DNA from: Naegleria gruberi
Lineage: Eukaryota
Assembly: GCA_000004985.1 (NCBI GenBank)
Contig: GG738899.1
DNA length: 64,000 bases
Direction: 5' to 3' (one strand)
Both the position numbers and the translations under genes were made by a program. Numbering within the stretch: the first letter of the stretch is position 1; each line of letters opens with the position of its first letter. Below are positions 9,539-19,691 of this stretch, in pieces. The notes below the pieces were generated by a model that saw only the letters and a list, made by a program, of their open reading frames with translations, had not been told where the DNA came from and did no database searches.

Positions 9539-10369
9539 ATGAACAAGAAGTTATTTGGCTTGATAATAGTGGCCGCTTTGACACTATTCCTACTCACCAC
9601 CTTTGCAGTATGGATGGGTTTGTTGCTAGGTGAGAAATTATATGAACCTATAGAAACCAGCTATACAGAATATCTTAATACCACATGTTTGGTAAATCAG
9701 ATGAATTTGACCTCCACTAGTTGCTGCTCCAAATCATGTTCGCAATGTAGAGAATGTGATCGGTCTTTGTATCCATCATGCTATAATACCACCTTTTTGG
9801 ATGTTGTATTTCTTAATCAGTCATCTTCTCCTTGTTGTGATTCTTCTAAATGTTGTAAGAATTGTTGTGAAACATGTAAGAACTGTTGGTGGACAGGAAA
9901 ATATCAACAATGTTCTAGTTATGAATGCAATTGTAGATGTTGTTCATCTGTCAGCTCTAACTTATGTACCTATGAATGTAATCCATGCTGGAAAATTCAC
10001 ATAACATTCAGCTATTCAACAACTCAAAATGAAACTTTCTCACAGTACGAATATTTTACATGCTCTTCACAAACTTGTGTTGATGAAAAAACAAGCAATT
10101 ATGCTGTGAATAACACGGTGGTATGCTACTACAGTCCAATTAATCAATATCCATCACTATACAGGTCCTACAGTGAGACCACAACCACCAAGGATACTTA
10201 CAAGTTTGGAATTATGTATACCTTTGTAGCCTTATTTATTATTTCTTTAGTTGGTTTGATAATCACTATAATTGTGTTGCTTGTTAATTGTTTGAGAAAT
10301 GTGAGATATTCCAATCCAGTATTTAATGCTGGTCAAAATGAACTACGTTCGAATGAATCTACCCAGTAA
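9539..10369 (+). CDS. Cysteine-rich membrane protein (N-terminal signal/anchor, C-terminal TM)
   Basis: It starts with a hydrophobic N-terminus (LFGLIIVAALTLFLLTTFAVWMGLLL). A Cys-dense ectodomain follows (CCSKSCSQCRECD..., CCDSSKCCKNCCETCKNCWW, CNCRCCSS). Near the C-terminus there is a TM helix (IMYTFVALFIISLVGLIITIIVLLV) and a short tail. Confidence 0.45.
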   Translation: MNKKLFGLIIVAALTLFLLTTFAVWMGLLLGEKLYEPIETSYTEYLNTTCLVNQMNLTSTSCCSKSCSQCRECDRSLYPSCYNTTFLDVVFLNQSSSPCCDSSKCCKNCCETCKNCWWTGKYQQCSSYECNCRCCSSVSSNLCTYECNPCWKIHITFSYSTTQNETFSQYEYFTCSSQTCVDEKTSNYAVNNTVVCYYSPINQYPSLYRSYSETTTTKDTYKFGIMYTFVALFIISLVGLIITIIVLLVNCLRNVRYSNPVFNAGQNELRSNESTQ

Positions 10370-10435
10370 ACTTATTTAATATCGTCGATTGCTTAAACGA
10401 GTTTCATATATAGACACTAAGGACATTAATGAGCA

Positions 10436-10508
10436 GCCCCGCTAGCTCAGTCGGTAGAGCGTTGGACTTTAAATCCAACGGTCGTGGGTTCGAGCCCCAC
10501 GTGGGGCG
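10436..10508 (+). tRNA. tRNA-Lys-like gene with anticodon UUA (ochre-suppressor-like)
   Basis: 73-nt canonical cloverleaf with acceptor gccccgc/gtggggc. The D-arm (gctc-agtcggta-gagc) is identical to eukaryotic tRNA-Lys(UUU). The anticodon stem ttgga/tccaa is perfectly paired, and the loop is c-t-T-T-A-a-a, so positions 34-36 are TTA. The T-arm is gtggg-ttcgagc-cccac. A/B boxes are intact, and a T-run (ttgttatttttttc) starts 3 nt downstream. Confidence 0.7.
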
Positions 10509-10831
10509 GTTGTTATTTTTTTCATGAAGTTATCAAGGAATGCCGTTAAAAACACAACTTCCATATTTTATATTTTTTCTTTTGCTTCAATTAAGTAAAT
10601 CTTAAAGAACCCATTTTGATAATTTCATAGCAAGATTATCTCCTTCCAGCACTCAACCCCAATACATAACACAACACGTTAATATCAGCTTCCTTTACAA
10701 TACAAGTTCTCTCTTCAGTCAAGTAGAGTGTCTCCTCCACTGGAAAGTCTTTTTTAAACTTGTCAAATTATTGTCATCACTCATCAGGTTGTTCCCTTCC
10801 ACAAGTAAAAAAACATAAAAAATATTTAAAA

Positions 10832-11652
10832 ATGACCACAGGTAGGTTCGTTGCGAAATCTCAACATTCCGCTTACAAGAAATTTAATCAATATCACCTT
10901 TGATCATACTATACAATGAATCATGATTATTAATCTAATACTAATAATAACAATATTGTTGATATTTACGTTCTCTTTGGAACTTTACTACTATTGTATT
11001 GAATTTTCACCACCCTGTGTTTTACTGTGATGATATGAACAATAATAATAACAATAACAGGAAACGAAAGTATTGATCAAATCCTCAACAAGGATACTGA
11101 AGATGAATCTCTCAGAAAATACAAGGAACAATTGTTGGGAGCTGCTGCTAAAGGAATTCCAAAGACTGATGATCCTCGTCGTGTTGTTGTTGAAACTTTT
11201 GGATTGAGATTCCCTGATGGTGAACACCCAGACATTATTAGAGAAGTTGACACCAAGGAAAAGGTTGCTACTTTGGAAAACGAACCTATCAATATCAAGG
11301 AAGGTGTCAAGTATTTATTCATTGTTACTTATAGAGTACAACACGACATTGTCCCTGCTTTGCACTTTGTTAACACAATCAAGAAGACTATGGTCACTGT
11401 CGATCAACAAGTAAGTAATTCAAATTTTGAAACAAATTAGAAATTGAATTAATAATTATATAGAATACTATGATGGGAAGTTATGGTCCTCGTGCTGAAC
11501 CATACACCTACAAGTCACAACCACAATATGCTCCAAGTGGTATGTTGGCTCGTGGTTCTTTCAAGGCCAACACCAAGTTTGTTGATGATGATGGAAAATG
11601 TCACTTGGAAATGAACTACAGTTTGGTCATTAAGAAGGACTGGACTGATTAA
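10832..11652 (+). CDS. Rho GDP-dissociation inhibitor (RhoGDI), 3 exons
   Basis: Exon 1 is 10832-10841 (ATG ACC ACA G, then gtaggt). Exon 2 is 11061-11410 (...DESLRKYKEQLLGAAAKG...LRFPDGEHPDIIREV...EGVKYLFIVTYRVQHDIV...). Exon 3 is 11464-11652 (MMGSYGPRAEPYTYKS...GMLARGSFKANTKFVDDDGK.HLEMNYSLVIKKDWTD*). Exons 2 and 3 match metazoan RhoGDI nearly motif for motif. Exon 1 is inferred from the ATG and GT..AG context. Confidence 0.8.
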
Positions 11653-11708
11653 ACTGTAATAAAATGTAGAGATAGATGTATAGTAACAAATGATTTATTC
11701 TATTGCTG

Positions 11709-13205
11709 CTACTTTTTGGAGGTTGGTTGGATTTTGTTTTTCAATTCTCTAATATTATTCAATAATTTCTCTTGCTCCTTCAGTAAGGCATTGAAATCCT
11801 TCACATCTTTCTGAGATCTGTATGAGGAATCACTTAGGAAGCTATTCTGCTTACTAAAGGTATCTTTTGGAACTATTCTGGAGGAAGATTTCATTGTTTG
11901 GCTAGTGGAGGAAATGGTTTTTTGTTGAGGTTTAACAGTTTCGATTGATATGGAGCTTTTTGGCCTTTCGGCAAAACTTGAACTAGGTCTCTTACTTGAG
12001 TTTGTTGGGGTGGTTGATCTTCTTGTCAATGATGGCGTGGAAGGTCTTTTAATTTCTGGAATTGGTCGAGAGAGGATACTATCTTCTTTAAGGAAAGTTT
12101 CTCTCCTCTGTTTCTCATCTCTTATTGCTTTTGCTCTCATGTTCTTGCTCTCTTGAAGCTCCCTTCGCTTATCCTCAATCCTCTTCTTTCGTTTTTCTAC
12201 TTCCAGTGAGTTTTGCAATTGTGTTAATGTTAAAATCGGATTACTCTCGTAGAGAGGTTTCGTCACAACTCTTTCTGAACTAGTATACACTCTAGGTTTA
12301 GGGGGAACAATCCTTTTTGGAGGTGTCGATTCCCTTTTCACTCTATCTTCCAAATAACGTTGTCTCACTTTGAGTCTTTCCACTGTCTTTTCAATTTCCT
12401 TCTTGTCTTTAAGAGTAATTGAAGAAAGATCAGAAGGAGGAGTATAAATTGCTTCCTCTGAAATTGTCTTTGAAATTGGAGAAGCTGACCTCACTGACTT
12501 TGAGTTTGTAGGAGTGGTTGGCCTATTATGTTGTCCCAATAATTCATTTTCCAATTCCAAATCACGTTTAAACGATGGAGAAGATTTTGCTTTTGATTTG
12601 GAAGAACTCGAGGTATGATCTAATGAAAATCTACTAGCTGATGATCCAAATCCAAAACTACCATTCAATGATGACGATGTAGAATTTCTTACCAGAGTTG
12701 TGGTTGTATTTCCTTTAAGAAGGTTTGATCGTGAAGAAGAAAAGGAGCTTCGGAATGACGAATTTTCCTTAGGCTGGTGTTGAACAGTCGTACTTGTTCT
12801 AAATTCTGCGTTGGTTTTTAAAGGCTTTGATTTTGGTGGTGATAATTTTGTCAATTCATGTTGTTGATTAAAATTGAGTTCTTCATTCTCATCTTTTGAT
12901 TCCTCATCATTATAAGAATGTTCTATTAAAACAAGTTGATTAAATTCATCATCTGATTCTTCTTCTTGATCAGAATCTTGATGATTTTGAAAATGGAAAG
13001 AAGTGTTGGTTTGTATTCTTGAATTTTGATACTCGGAATTTTCCTCAATTTCAATTAAGGAACTACTAATGGTACTTCTTGGACTGCTATCACCAAGTGA
13101 GAGTACCTCTGCATTATTTAATGATAATTGTTCTTCTCGTATGCTCGGAGTTGATTGATTTTCCAAAACATTCATCAATACTGATGAAGCTGACAACATT
13201 TTCAA
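11709..13205 (-). CDS. Ser/Thr/Lys-rich low-complexity protein with C-terminal coiled-coil
   Basis: 498-aa ORF of hydrophilic, S/T/K/E-rich low-complexity sequence. The C-terminus (KDVKDFNALLKEQEKLLNNIRELKNKIQ) shows coiled-coil heptads. No enzymatic motif is present. Confidence 0.4.
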   Translation of the reverse strand: MKMLSASSVLMNVLENQSTPSIREEQLSLNNAEVLSLGDSSPRSTISSSLIEIEENSEYQNSRIQTNTSFHFQNHQDSDQEEESDDEFNQLVLIEHSYNDEESKDENEELNFNQQHELTKLSPPKSKPLKTNAEFRTSTTVQHQPKENSSFRSSFSSSRSNLLKGNTTTTLVRNSTSSSLNGSFGFGSSASRFSLDHTSSSSKSKAKSSPSFKRDLELENELLGQHNRPTTPTNSKSVRSASPISKTISEEAIYTPPSDLSSITLKDKKEIEKTVERLKVRQRYLEDRVKRESTPPKRIVPPKPRVYTSSERVVTKPLYESNPILTLTQLQNSLEVEKRKKRIEDKRRELQESKNMRAKAIRDEKQRRETFLKEDSILSRPIPEIKRPSTPSLTRRSTTPTNSSKRPSSSFAERPKSSISIETVKPQQKTISSTSQTMKSSSRIVPKDTFSKQNSFLSDSSYRSQKDVKDFNALLKEQEKLLNNIRELKNKIQPTSKK

Positions 13206-13511
13206 TTAAATTCTCTGATTCCAACTCTGTTTTCTATTATTTTGTACAAGTTTATTATCTTTTAATCAATATAAAAACCTGCTTTATCTTTAAATTATTA
13301 CTCGAACTACAATTTTTTGTATTTTTTTATTAAGGAAGTTTCTTTGAATGGATTGAGTCATCAGATGGGTGGGGTTGTGGAGTTTAGTTTGCGACAACAT
13401 TGCAGAATTGTTGGTGGTTGAATTATTGGATGATTGCTGTTTTAACGGATTTCAAGTGACTTATTGGAGAGGGTTATTTACAAGAGGAGGGTAATCATGA
13501 GCTATCAGAAT

Positions 13512-15845
13512 TTACCATAATCCAAAGCTAAAGACGTCTCGGTTGAGTATAGATGATGAGGTGTTTTGATTTGAATCCTCTGGGGTGGGCGTGTCTTCAT
13601 CTACTTTGTGGATTCCAGAGAGAAAATCTTTTACACTATGAAGTGAGAGTGTTCTCCTGTTATTGTTTGATTTTTCTGATTCACTTGAGGAAGTGCTGCT
13701 ATCTTGTTGATGTTGTGAACGGTGGTCATCTTTGGAATCTTTGGTTCCAAGAAATATTCCTTTCACTGATTTACCAACACTCAGTAATTGTCTATGTATC
13801 TCAATAACTGGATGGATTTTTACACTCCTCTGTTGGCCAAATATATCTTTTTTGAGGTTTAGTAGAGTTCTCACAAGTTTTTCAGAGTCAGGTCTATCTT
13901 TAGGTTCTAGAGAGAGCATTGATATGATGAGATTGGCAAATCCTTCATGATATTTGCTACACCGTTTTCTGATCAGCCCGTGGAATTGTTGTTGATCTTT
14001 CATGGCCATAATGTATGGTGAAAAATTGAGGATTTCACATCCAACAAGCTCTAGAAAAACTATTCCCATTGACCATATATCAGAGGAGTAAATATAATTC
14101 ATGAATAAAGATGTAGGGGCTATTGGTTCCTTAGAATCCAACTCTGTTATATCTTTAACACCAATATGACACTCTGGTGATTGATATTTGATAGTACCTG
14201 CACTTGAGATTGTATCATTCAAATTTTTAGAGGTTAATGATCTCAAATTATAAATTAAACCAAAATCTCCAATTTTACATTCTTTGAATTTTGAACTGAG
14301 TAAAATGTTCTTTGGTTTTATATCTCTGTGAAGAAGCCCATTCAAATGAAGATGATTTAGACCGGCAGACATTTGAATCATCAGAGACAGCAGGTGAGCC
14401 TCTTGAATTGTTTGGCCTTGATCTTTGTGTCCATTAATGAATTGTTCTAAATCTCCATCATCCATGTATTCCATTACTAGACAGAGTGTAAATAGTGATG
14501 AGAATTCATTGTCTGATTTTGAAAAGTAAATGTCCTGTATAGATATTAATTGAGGATAGCTGATTTTTCTGATTGGCCAAAATTCAACGAGGGCATCATT
14601 TGCATTATTGATATCGTCACAATTAATTTTCTTAATACCAACTGTTACTCTATCGGATTTTCTTACAGCTTTGTACACTTTACCAAAAGATCCTCTTCCG
14701 ACTTCTTCCAGAATTTCATAATGACTCTCTTCATACAGATTTTCACTATTATTTTGTGGTAGATCAAAATTGCTGTCACATATGCTTGTCAGTTTTTCAG
14801 ATGATGGTTTCTTCTTAAGGCCGGATAATATGAACGAGTCATCAAATGAAATTGTTTCGTAATCATGTAAGCTCTCTAAAGAATTATTTGGTGATATGTG
14901 GTGCTTCACACCCTCGAATTTTTGTGGTAATATTAATTTCATTCCTATTGTAACAACTCCTGTTTTATCTTTACCTCGTTTCAGAGATAGTTCAATCATA
15001 TCCACAGATCTAGATCTAAAATCCATCAATCTGTTAATATCATACACAGCCTCTCCAATAAAGTTAACATGAGGTTTACATTTCATTATATAGTTGTGAA
15101 GCATTTCTGAAGTGGCAGAAATGTTATCCAATTGCATAGCAATTTGTGGTAGAATTTTCTTCGACTCCAACGATGAAGAATGTTCAAATACATAATGTGA
15201 TTCATTACTATTATTACTAGCTGAATTGCAAATGGTCATAACTTGTTGATATTCTGCCTCTGATAATTGGATTGGTAATATAACCTTCTCTCCTTTCCAT
15301 TTGAATGTAAATCCATCAGAGAGAGGTGATTTTCTAATTCGAGATGAATGGGCTACTACTTGTTTATATTCATCACCTAATAATTCTTCTTGTTCATCAC
15401 TTCTTTTTACACTAAATGTTAAACAAGTATCAAATATCGAAGCACTAAAGTATTGAGTAAAACTCAAATCACTTGCAAGTGTTACAGTTCCAATACTAAA
15501 TTCAATTCCAATATGATTCGGAGGTAAAATTAATGGTTGTTTGTTATTTTCCTCGATATCTTCTTCATCAGAATGATTATATTTATCACTAATTAAATTA
15601 TCATTTTCCGTAATTAAATTATGTAACATTTCACTAAATGATTTCCTTCTCGGATGTTCTTGTTGCTGTACTTTGAGAGTATTGTTATTATTATTCTGTA
15701 CATTTGATTTTTCCTTGTTTCGATCATTACTATTATTATTATTACTATCGGAAGATGATTGTGGTGGTGTAGTCGTTGGTGTTGGTGAGGAGGTTGATGA
15801 ACTCTTGTCCAATCCCATAAACGACCTGAATCCACCAAAGAACAT
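13512..15845 (-). CDS. Protein kinase (Ser/Thr-type catalytic domain in the C-terminal half, long N-terminal region)
   Basis: The Gly loop is VGRGSFGKVYKA and the VAIK lysine is VTVGIKKI. The catalytic loop is HRDIKPKNILL, followed by DFG at IGDFGLI and an APE-like SPECH. The N-terminal 360 aa is Asn/Ser-rich with no recognised domain. Confidence 0.8.
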   Translation of the reverse strand: MFFGGFRSFMGLDKSSSTSSPTPTTTPPQSSSDSNNNNSNDRNKEKSNVQNNNNNTLKVQQQEHPRRKSFSEMLHNLITENDNLISDKYNHSDEEDIEENNKQPLILPPNHIGIEFSIGTVTLASDLSFTQYFSASIFDTCLTFSVKRSDEQEELLGDEYKQVVAHSSRIRKSPLSDGFTFKWKGEKVILPIQLSEAEYQQVMTICNSASNNSNESHYVFEHSSSLESKKILPQIAMQLDNISATSEMLHNYIMKCKPHVNFIGEAVYDINRLMDFRSRSVDMIELSLKRGKDKTGVVTIGMKLILPQKFEGVKHHISPNNSLESLHDYETISFDDSFILSGLKKKPSSEKLTSICDSNFDLPQNNSENLYEESHYEILEEVGRGSFGKVYKAVRKSDRVTVGIKKINCDDINNANDALVEFWPIRKISYPQLISIQDIYFSKSDNEFSSLFTLCLVMEYMDDGDLEQFINGHKDQGQTIQEAHLLSLMIQMSAGLNHLHLNGLLHRDIKPKNILLSSKFKECKIGDFGLIYNLRSLTSKNLNDTISSAGTIKYQSPECHIGVKDITELDSKEPIAPTSLFMNYIYSSDIWSMGIVFLELVGCEILNFSPYIMAMKDQQQFHGLIRKRCSKYHEGFANLIISMLSLEPKDRPDSEKLVRTLLNLKKDIFGQQRSVKIHPVIEIHRQLLSVGKSVKGIFLGTKDSKDDHRSQHQQDSSTSSSESEKSNNNRRTLSLHSVKDFLSGIHKVDEDTPTPEDSNQNTSSSILNRDVFSFGLW

Positions 15846-16051
15846 TTTTTATTCTTAAAATTAGCTGAGAAATGAACTTGTAGGTTTATCAGAAATGAAT
15901 TGGATGATCTTGTTTAAATTGGATATATTTCTCTATGCAGTTGATCGAAATGTTCAGGCAACGTTTTCAATTCAATATTGAAAATGAATTACAAAATTCT
16001 TTATTATTTATTGATAATTTATTGAGCCGAAAGTTAATGGTTTCGACTGCC

Positions 16052-16813
16052 TTAGTAGAAGAGTTTATTTGCAACAACATATTGTTCAGTGCTATTTGGT
16101 GCATATCCTAGATTACCTCCTTCGAATAAAATTTGGAAAGCAGCAATAGTTGCATCAAAATCAGAATTCAATTCTGAAACAACTTCATGAAATGAAATGC
16201 CTGGTTTCTTAGCAACAAGTTCATAGATAGACACTTCCAGAGTTTTTTGTTGTTGAACTTTTGGCACTTTCTTCCCTACAAGTGAACCATATTGAGAATG
16301 CAGAGATGCAACAATTACGTCCAATAAGTGAGTGGTAAATTCATTGATATCCATAATTAGTGATAAACCTGTACCAACAATATATCTTGTTCCAGTTCTA
16401 TTATCAATATTCAAAATACCATAAATTCTCAAAAAGAGTCCATTTTCAATAACACCACCACAAGCTTCAAACTTTTTCTCAGTATCAATTGCGTACAAAA
16501 TTACGCTCATCCTTCCTGTACCATCATCAAGGAATAAATTTAATTTTCGTTTCTCGGGTTCATTAGTAAATTTTACAATTTGTGCAACAAGAGTAACTTG
16601 TTCAATTCTTTTCTTCTTTGTCTTGCAGTCAATGACGAAATGATTGGTTTCTGGCATTTCGGCATGGATTAATTGTCTAATATTTACAGGTGTAATACCT
16701 CCTTTCTCGGAAGCACTTTCACTACTATTTACATGTGATGTGTTATGTACCATGGATTGATCTACATCTTCACCACCATGCACATCACTTCCTCTAAAAT
16801 CATGATCATCCAT
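16052..16813 (-). CDS. Replication protein A 32-kDa subunit (RPA2)
   Basis: It has an acidic/Ser-rich N-terminus. The OB-fold region is ITPVNIRQLIHA...VTLVAQIV...LFLDDGTGRMSVILYA. The segment MDINEFTTHLLDVIVASLH matches RPA2 MNEFTTHILEVINAHM. The C-terminus looks like a winged helix (GISFHEVVSELNSDFDATIAAFQILFEGG). Confidence 0.75.
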   Translation of the reverse strand: MDDHDFRGSDVHGGEDVDQSMVHNTSHVNSSESASEKGGITPVNIRQLIHAEMPETNHFVIDCKTKKKRIEQVTLVAQIVKFTNEPEKRKLNLFLDDGTGRMSVILYAIDTEKKFEACGGVIENGLFLRIYGILNIDNRTGTRYIVGTGLSLIMDINEFTTHLLDVIVASLHSQYGSLVGKKVPKVQQQKTLEVSIYELVAKKPGISFHEVVSELNSDFDATIAAFQILFEGGNLGYAPNSTEQYVVANKLFY

Positions 16814-16977
16814 CTTGATTGCTGGGTATTTTTTTAAATATTTGATGTTCTAAATTTAATGTTTTTCTATTCTTCTAAAAAATAGAAACAAAATTTCTAG
16901 TTTTATCTGGAAGACAAAAAACTATTGATTCATTACAGAAAATATGTCAAGTTAAATTAATAGTAATTACAATTAGT

Positions 16978-17661
16978 TTAATTCTTCTTATGATGAGAAT
17001 CCTTTTCATATTCAAATTCAACCAATTCATTAGCACTGCAGTACATTTGAATAAAGTTCATCAATTGTTTACCAGCCCATGTTGGAACAAGAAGAGCCAA
17101 AGCAATAATCAACCAGAGTTGACTCAATTGATAGAAATGAATGGCATATAAAAAGACATAGAACAATTCATTACCAACACACAAAATAGCCATGAATGTC
17201 TTGTTAGTATAATATAAAGCCAATAAGTAACTTCTGTCCCAATCAACATCCTTGTGACTAGCAGTACCAATAACCAAACTGACATACATACGGAACCAAT
17301 GTGAAACAAAGTCCAAAATATTCAACAAGACAAAATATGGAGTATAATTTGGATAAAAGTTAGAAAGAATGGTAACAAGAGCAGCAGTACTGAAACGATC
17401 AGTGACCATATCTAAAACAGCTCCGAATCTAGAACATTGATTATAATGACGAGCAGCAATACCATCCAAACCATCCAAAACAAAACTTGTTGTATAGATA
17501 ACAATCACAGTTCCTGGATATGATTCATAAATAAAGAAAGATAAAAGTGAAAGGAAAACACGAAGATAACCAATCAAATTTGGAATATAAAAATAAATTT
17601 TGTAGGCCTCTGGGTTTCTTGGAGTAACTTTAGTAGCTGCCATCTCTTTCCGAATCAACAA
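16978..17661 (-). CDS. CDP-diacylglycerol--inositol 3-phosphatidyltransferase (PI synthase)
   Basis: It carries the CDP-alcohol phosphatidyltransferase signature DGLDGIAARHYNQCSRFGAVLDMVTDRFSTAALV (D-G-x2-A-R-x8-G-x3-D-x3-D). The ORF is 227 aa with multiple TM segments. This fits the PIS1/CDIPT family best. Confidence 0.8.
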   Translation of the reverse strand: MLIRKEMAATKVTPRNPEAYKIYFYIPNLIGYLRVFLSLLSFFIYESYPGTVIVIYTTSFVLDGLDGIAARHYNQCSRFGAVLDMVTDRFSTAALVTILSNFYPNYTPYFVLLNILDFVSHWFRMYVSLVIGTASHKDVDWDRSYLLALYYTNKTFMAILCVGNELFYVFLYAIHFYQLSQLWLIIALALLVPTWAGKQLMNFIQMYCSANELVEFEYEKDSHHKKN

Positions 17662-18061
17662 ATAAATAATAATAATACTAGAAAAATCCGTTGTTGGATG
17701 ATGAAAATATTTTTTCTTGTTGAAATTTTAAAAAATTCAAATCCAAATTTTTAAAAACAACGGAAAGTGAATCAAATTAGGCGAACAAAGCGGCACCGTT
17801 TTTTAACCCTAATATGTTGAACCAGCATTTAGATTAGGTTCAGTGTTCGTTTCGAATAGATTGGCTCAATTTCCAAGTTTACAATTTTACGGTATTGCTC
17901 TATCTCTTACCAAAAGGTTTTATTTATGAAATTAATGTCTATTTTACAGACATAAGAATATTATTTGTCTTTTATTGATTCGTTTTTCTAATAGAGGTTT
18001 CCACATTATTCGAAATGATTCACATTTAGAAGCACTGTCACTTGTCAACAATCCAAAAAAA

Positions 18062-19117
18062 ATGAGTTCAAAGGAAATGAAGATTGTCGTCGTTGGTGAC
18101 GGTGCTGTTGGTAGGTGTTATTTTTACCTAGAATTGGATTTGATAATTATTTCAATATATAGGCAAGACATGTTTACTATGGGTTTATGCTAATAACTCA
18201 TTCCCAGAGACTTATGTTCCAACTGGTAAGTCTTTCTTATATGATGATAAGATTCGAATAGAAGAATGATTAGTATTTGACAATTATAAAACAACAGTTT
18301 CGCTGGATGGTAGAACTGTAAAATTGGAATTATGGGATACTGGTATGTACACAAAGTTTTTTTGATCATTTTACGACGATGTAAATTATAGCTGGTCAGG
18401 AAGAGTAAGTTTTCGAATAGTGATGATGACGAGGAATATATATTTTTATTGTATTATTATTATAATGATCGGGTGATGAAACTCTCTTTTTGGAATCAAA
18501 TATTTGATCAACATGTTGATATGGTGATGAAACATTCATGATGATGGATTCTATTGTTATTATTGTTCTTATTATTATTATATTGGAAAAATAACTAAAG
18601 ATATGACCGTTTGCGTCCACTCTCATATCCTGGTACACAAGTTTTCTTGATTTGCTTTTCAACAGTTGATGAAACTAGTTATGCTAACATTAGGTAGGTT
18701 TTTTATAATGACAAGATGATGACAATAATCTTCTACTACTACTAAACTTTTATTATGATTCACATCAATAATAATAACATTTAAACAACAATTATTAACA
18801 CAATACTTTAATATAATGATACAAAAACAATTAGAACTAAATGGTATCCAGAAGTTAATCATCACTCTGATGGTGTTCCAATTGTTCTTGTTGGTACAAA
18901 AGTTGATTTACGTGAGATGGGTGACAAATCACAAGGAGGTGACAATATTTCACCACAATTGGGTGAAAAACTAAAGGCAGAAATTAAAGCTATCAAATAT
19001 GTTGAATGTTCTGCCAAGACACAACAAGGTGTTAAAATGGTCTTTGATGAAGCCATTAGAGCTGTTCTTTTCCCAAGAAGTGGATCTGGAAAGAAATCAG
19101 GATGTGAATTATTGTAA
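18062..19117 (+). CDS. Rac-family small GTPase, 6 exons
   Basis: Exons are 18062-18110, 18163-18225, 18274-18342, 18392-18404 (13 nt), 18601-18693 and 18835-19117. The spliced product reads [85 protein letters not shown]...TKVDLRE...[22 protein letters not shown]...CELL*. The C-terminal CaaL box predicts geranylgeranylation. All junctions are GT..AG. Confidence 0.85.
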
Positions 19118-19211
19118 ATTAATTTGCCTTTTTGTAGATAATTGCTATTGTAAAGCAATAATGAATTTTATATATTATATTTAGTATTTGTTTCAATAGG
19201 ATTGTAATTTT

Positions 19212-19450
19212 TGATAACCATTTCAGAGAATATGTCTATTTCATCCCAATTTGAGTTTTCGACATTTTCTTCCTCTTGCAGTATCTTTGAAAGATTACTT
19301 TTGGAGGTTCTTCTTCTTCTTCTTGTGGTTCTGTATTCACTTGACTCTGTGAAGAAATCTTCTTCGTCATCGTGTTAATCTTCCATACTATCAAATCCAA
19401 GACTCTTCTTCTTTGGAGATGGCTGAGGTTGTTTTGAACAATTAAGTATG
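19212..19450 (-). pseudogene. Degenerate duplicate of the 3' end of the SCY1-like gene (gene fragment)
   Basis: Positions 19212-19450 align with indels to 21460-21900 (e.g. tttcagagaatatgtctatttcatcccaatttgagttttcgacattttcttcctcttgcagtatctttgaaagattact). That target is the C-terminal coding end and 3' flank of the 752-aa exon. The copy has lost its frame. Confidence 0.6.
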
Positions 19451-19691
19451 GATTTATTAGTTGAACCACCAACCAAAACAACATCATCAATTTGTACACT
19501 GCATCTGTACCTGTACCTTATCTAAATATTCCCTACTTGAGGATCGTAAACACTTTTTTAGTATTCCAAAAGTTCAAGAAATGCTCAGAATTCTTTAATG
19601 GAAGGAATTGTGTAAATCAATCCAGATGAAGCAGTTGTTAATGGTGCTGCAGTTCAAGGTGTGTTTTAATTGGTAAATTCTCTTATCGATG

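Noticed and set aside
17760-17880. ccctaa/ttaggg-like hexamers (aaccctaatatg, agattaggttcag)
   Set aside because: They are isolated single occurrences and not a tandem array, so they are not a telomeric or interstitial telomere repeat.
17975-18193. ORF-track 'M' starts such as 17975, 3935, 11132, 23710 and 44335
   Set aside because: Inspection shows these begin at TTG, an alternative-start setting of the ORF finder, or upstream of the real ATG. Gene starts were re-derived from ATG context and homology instead.
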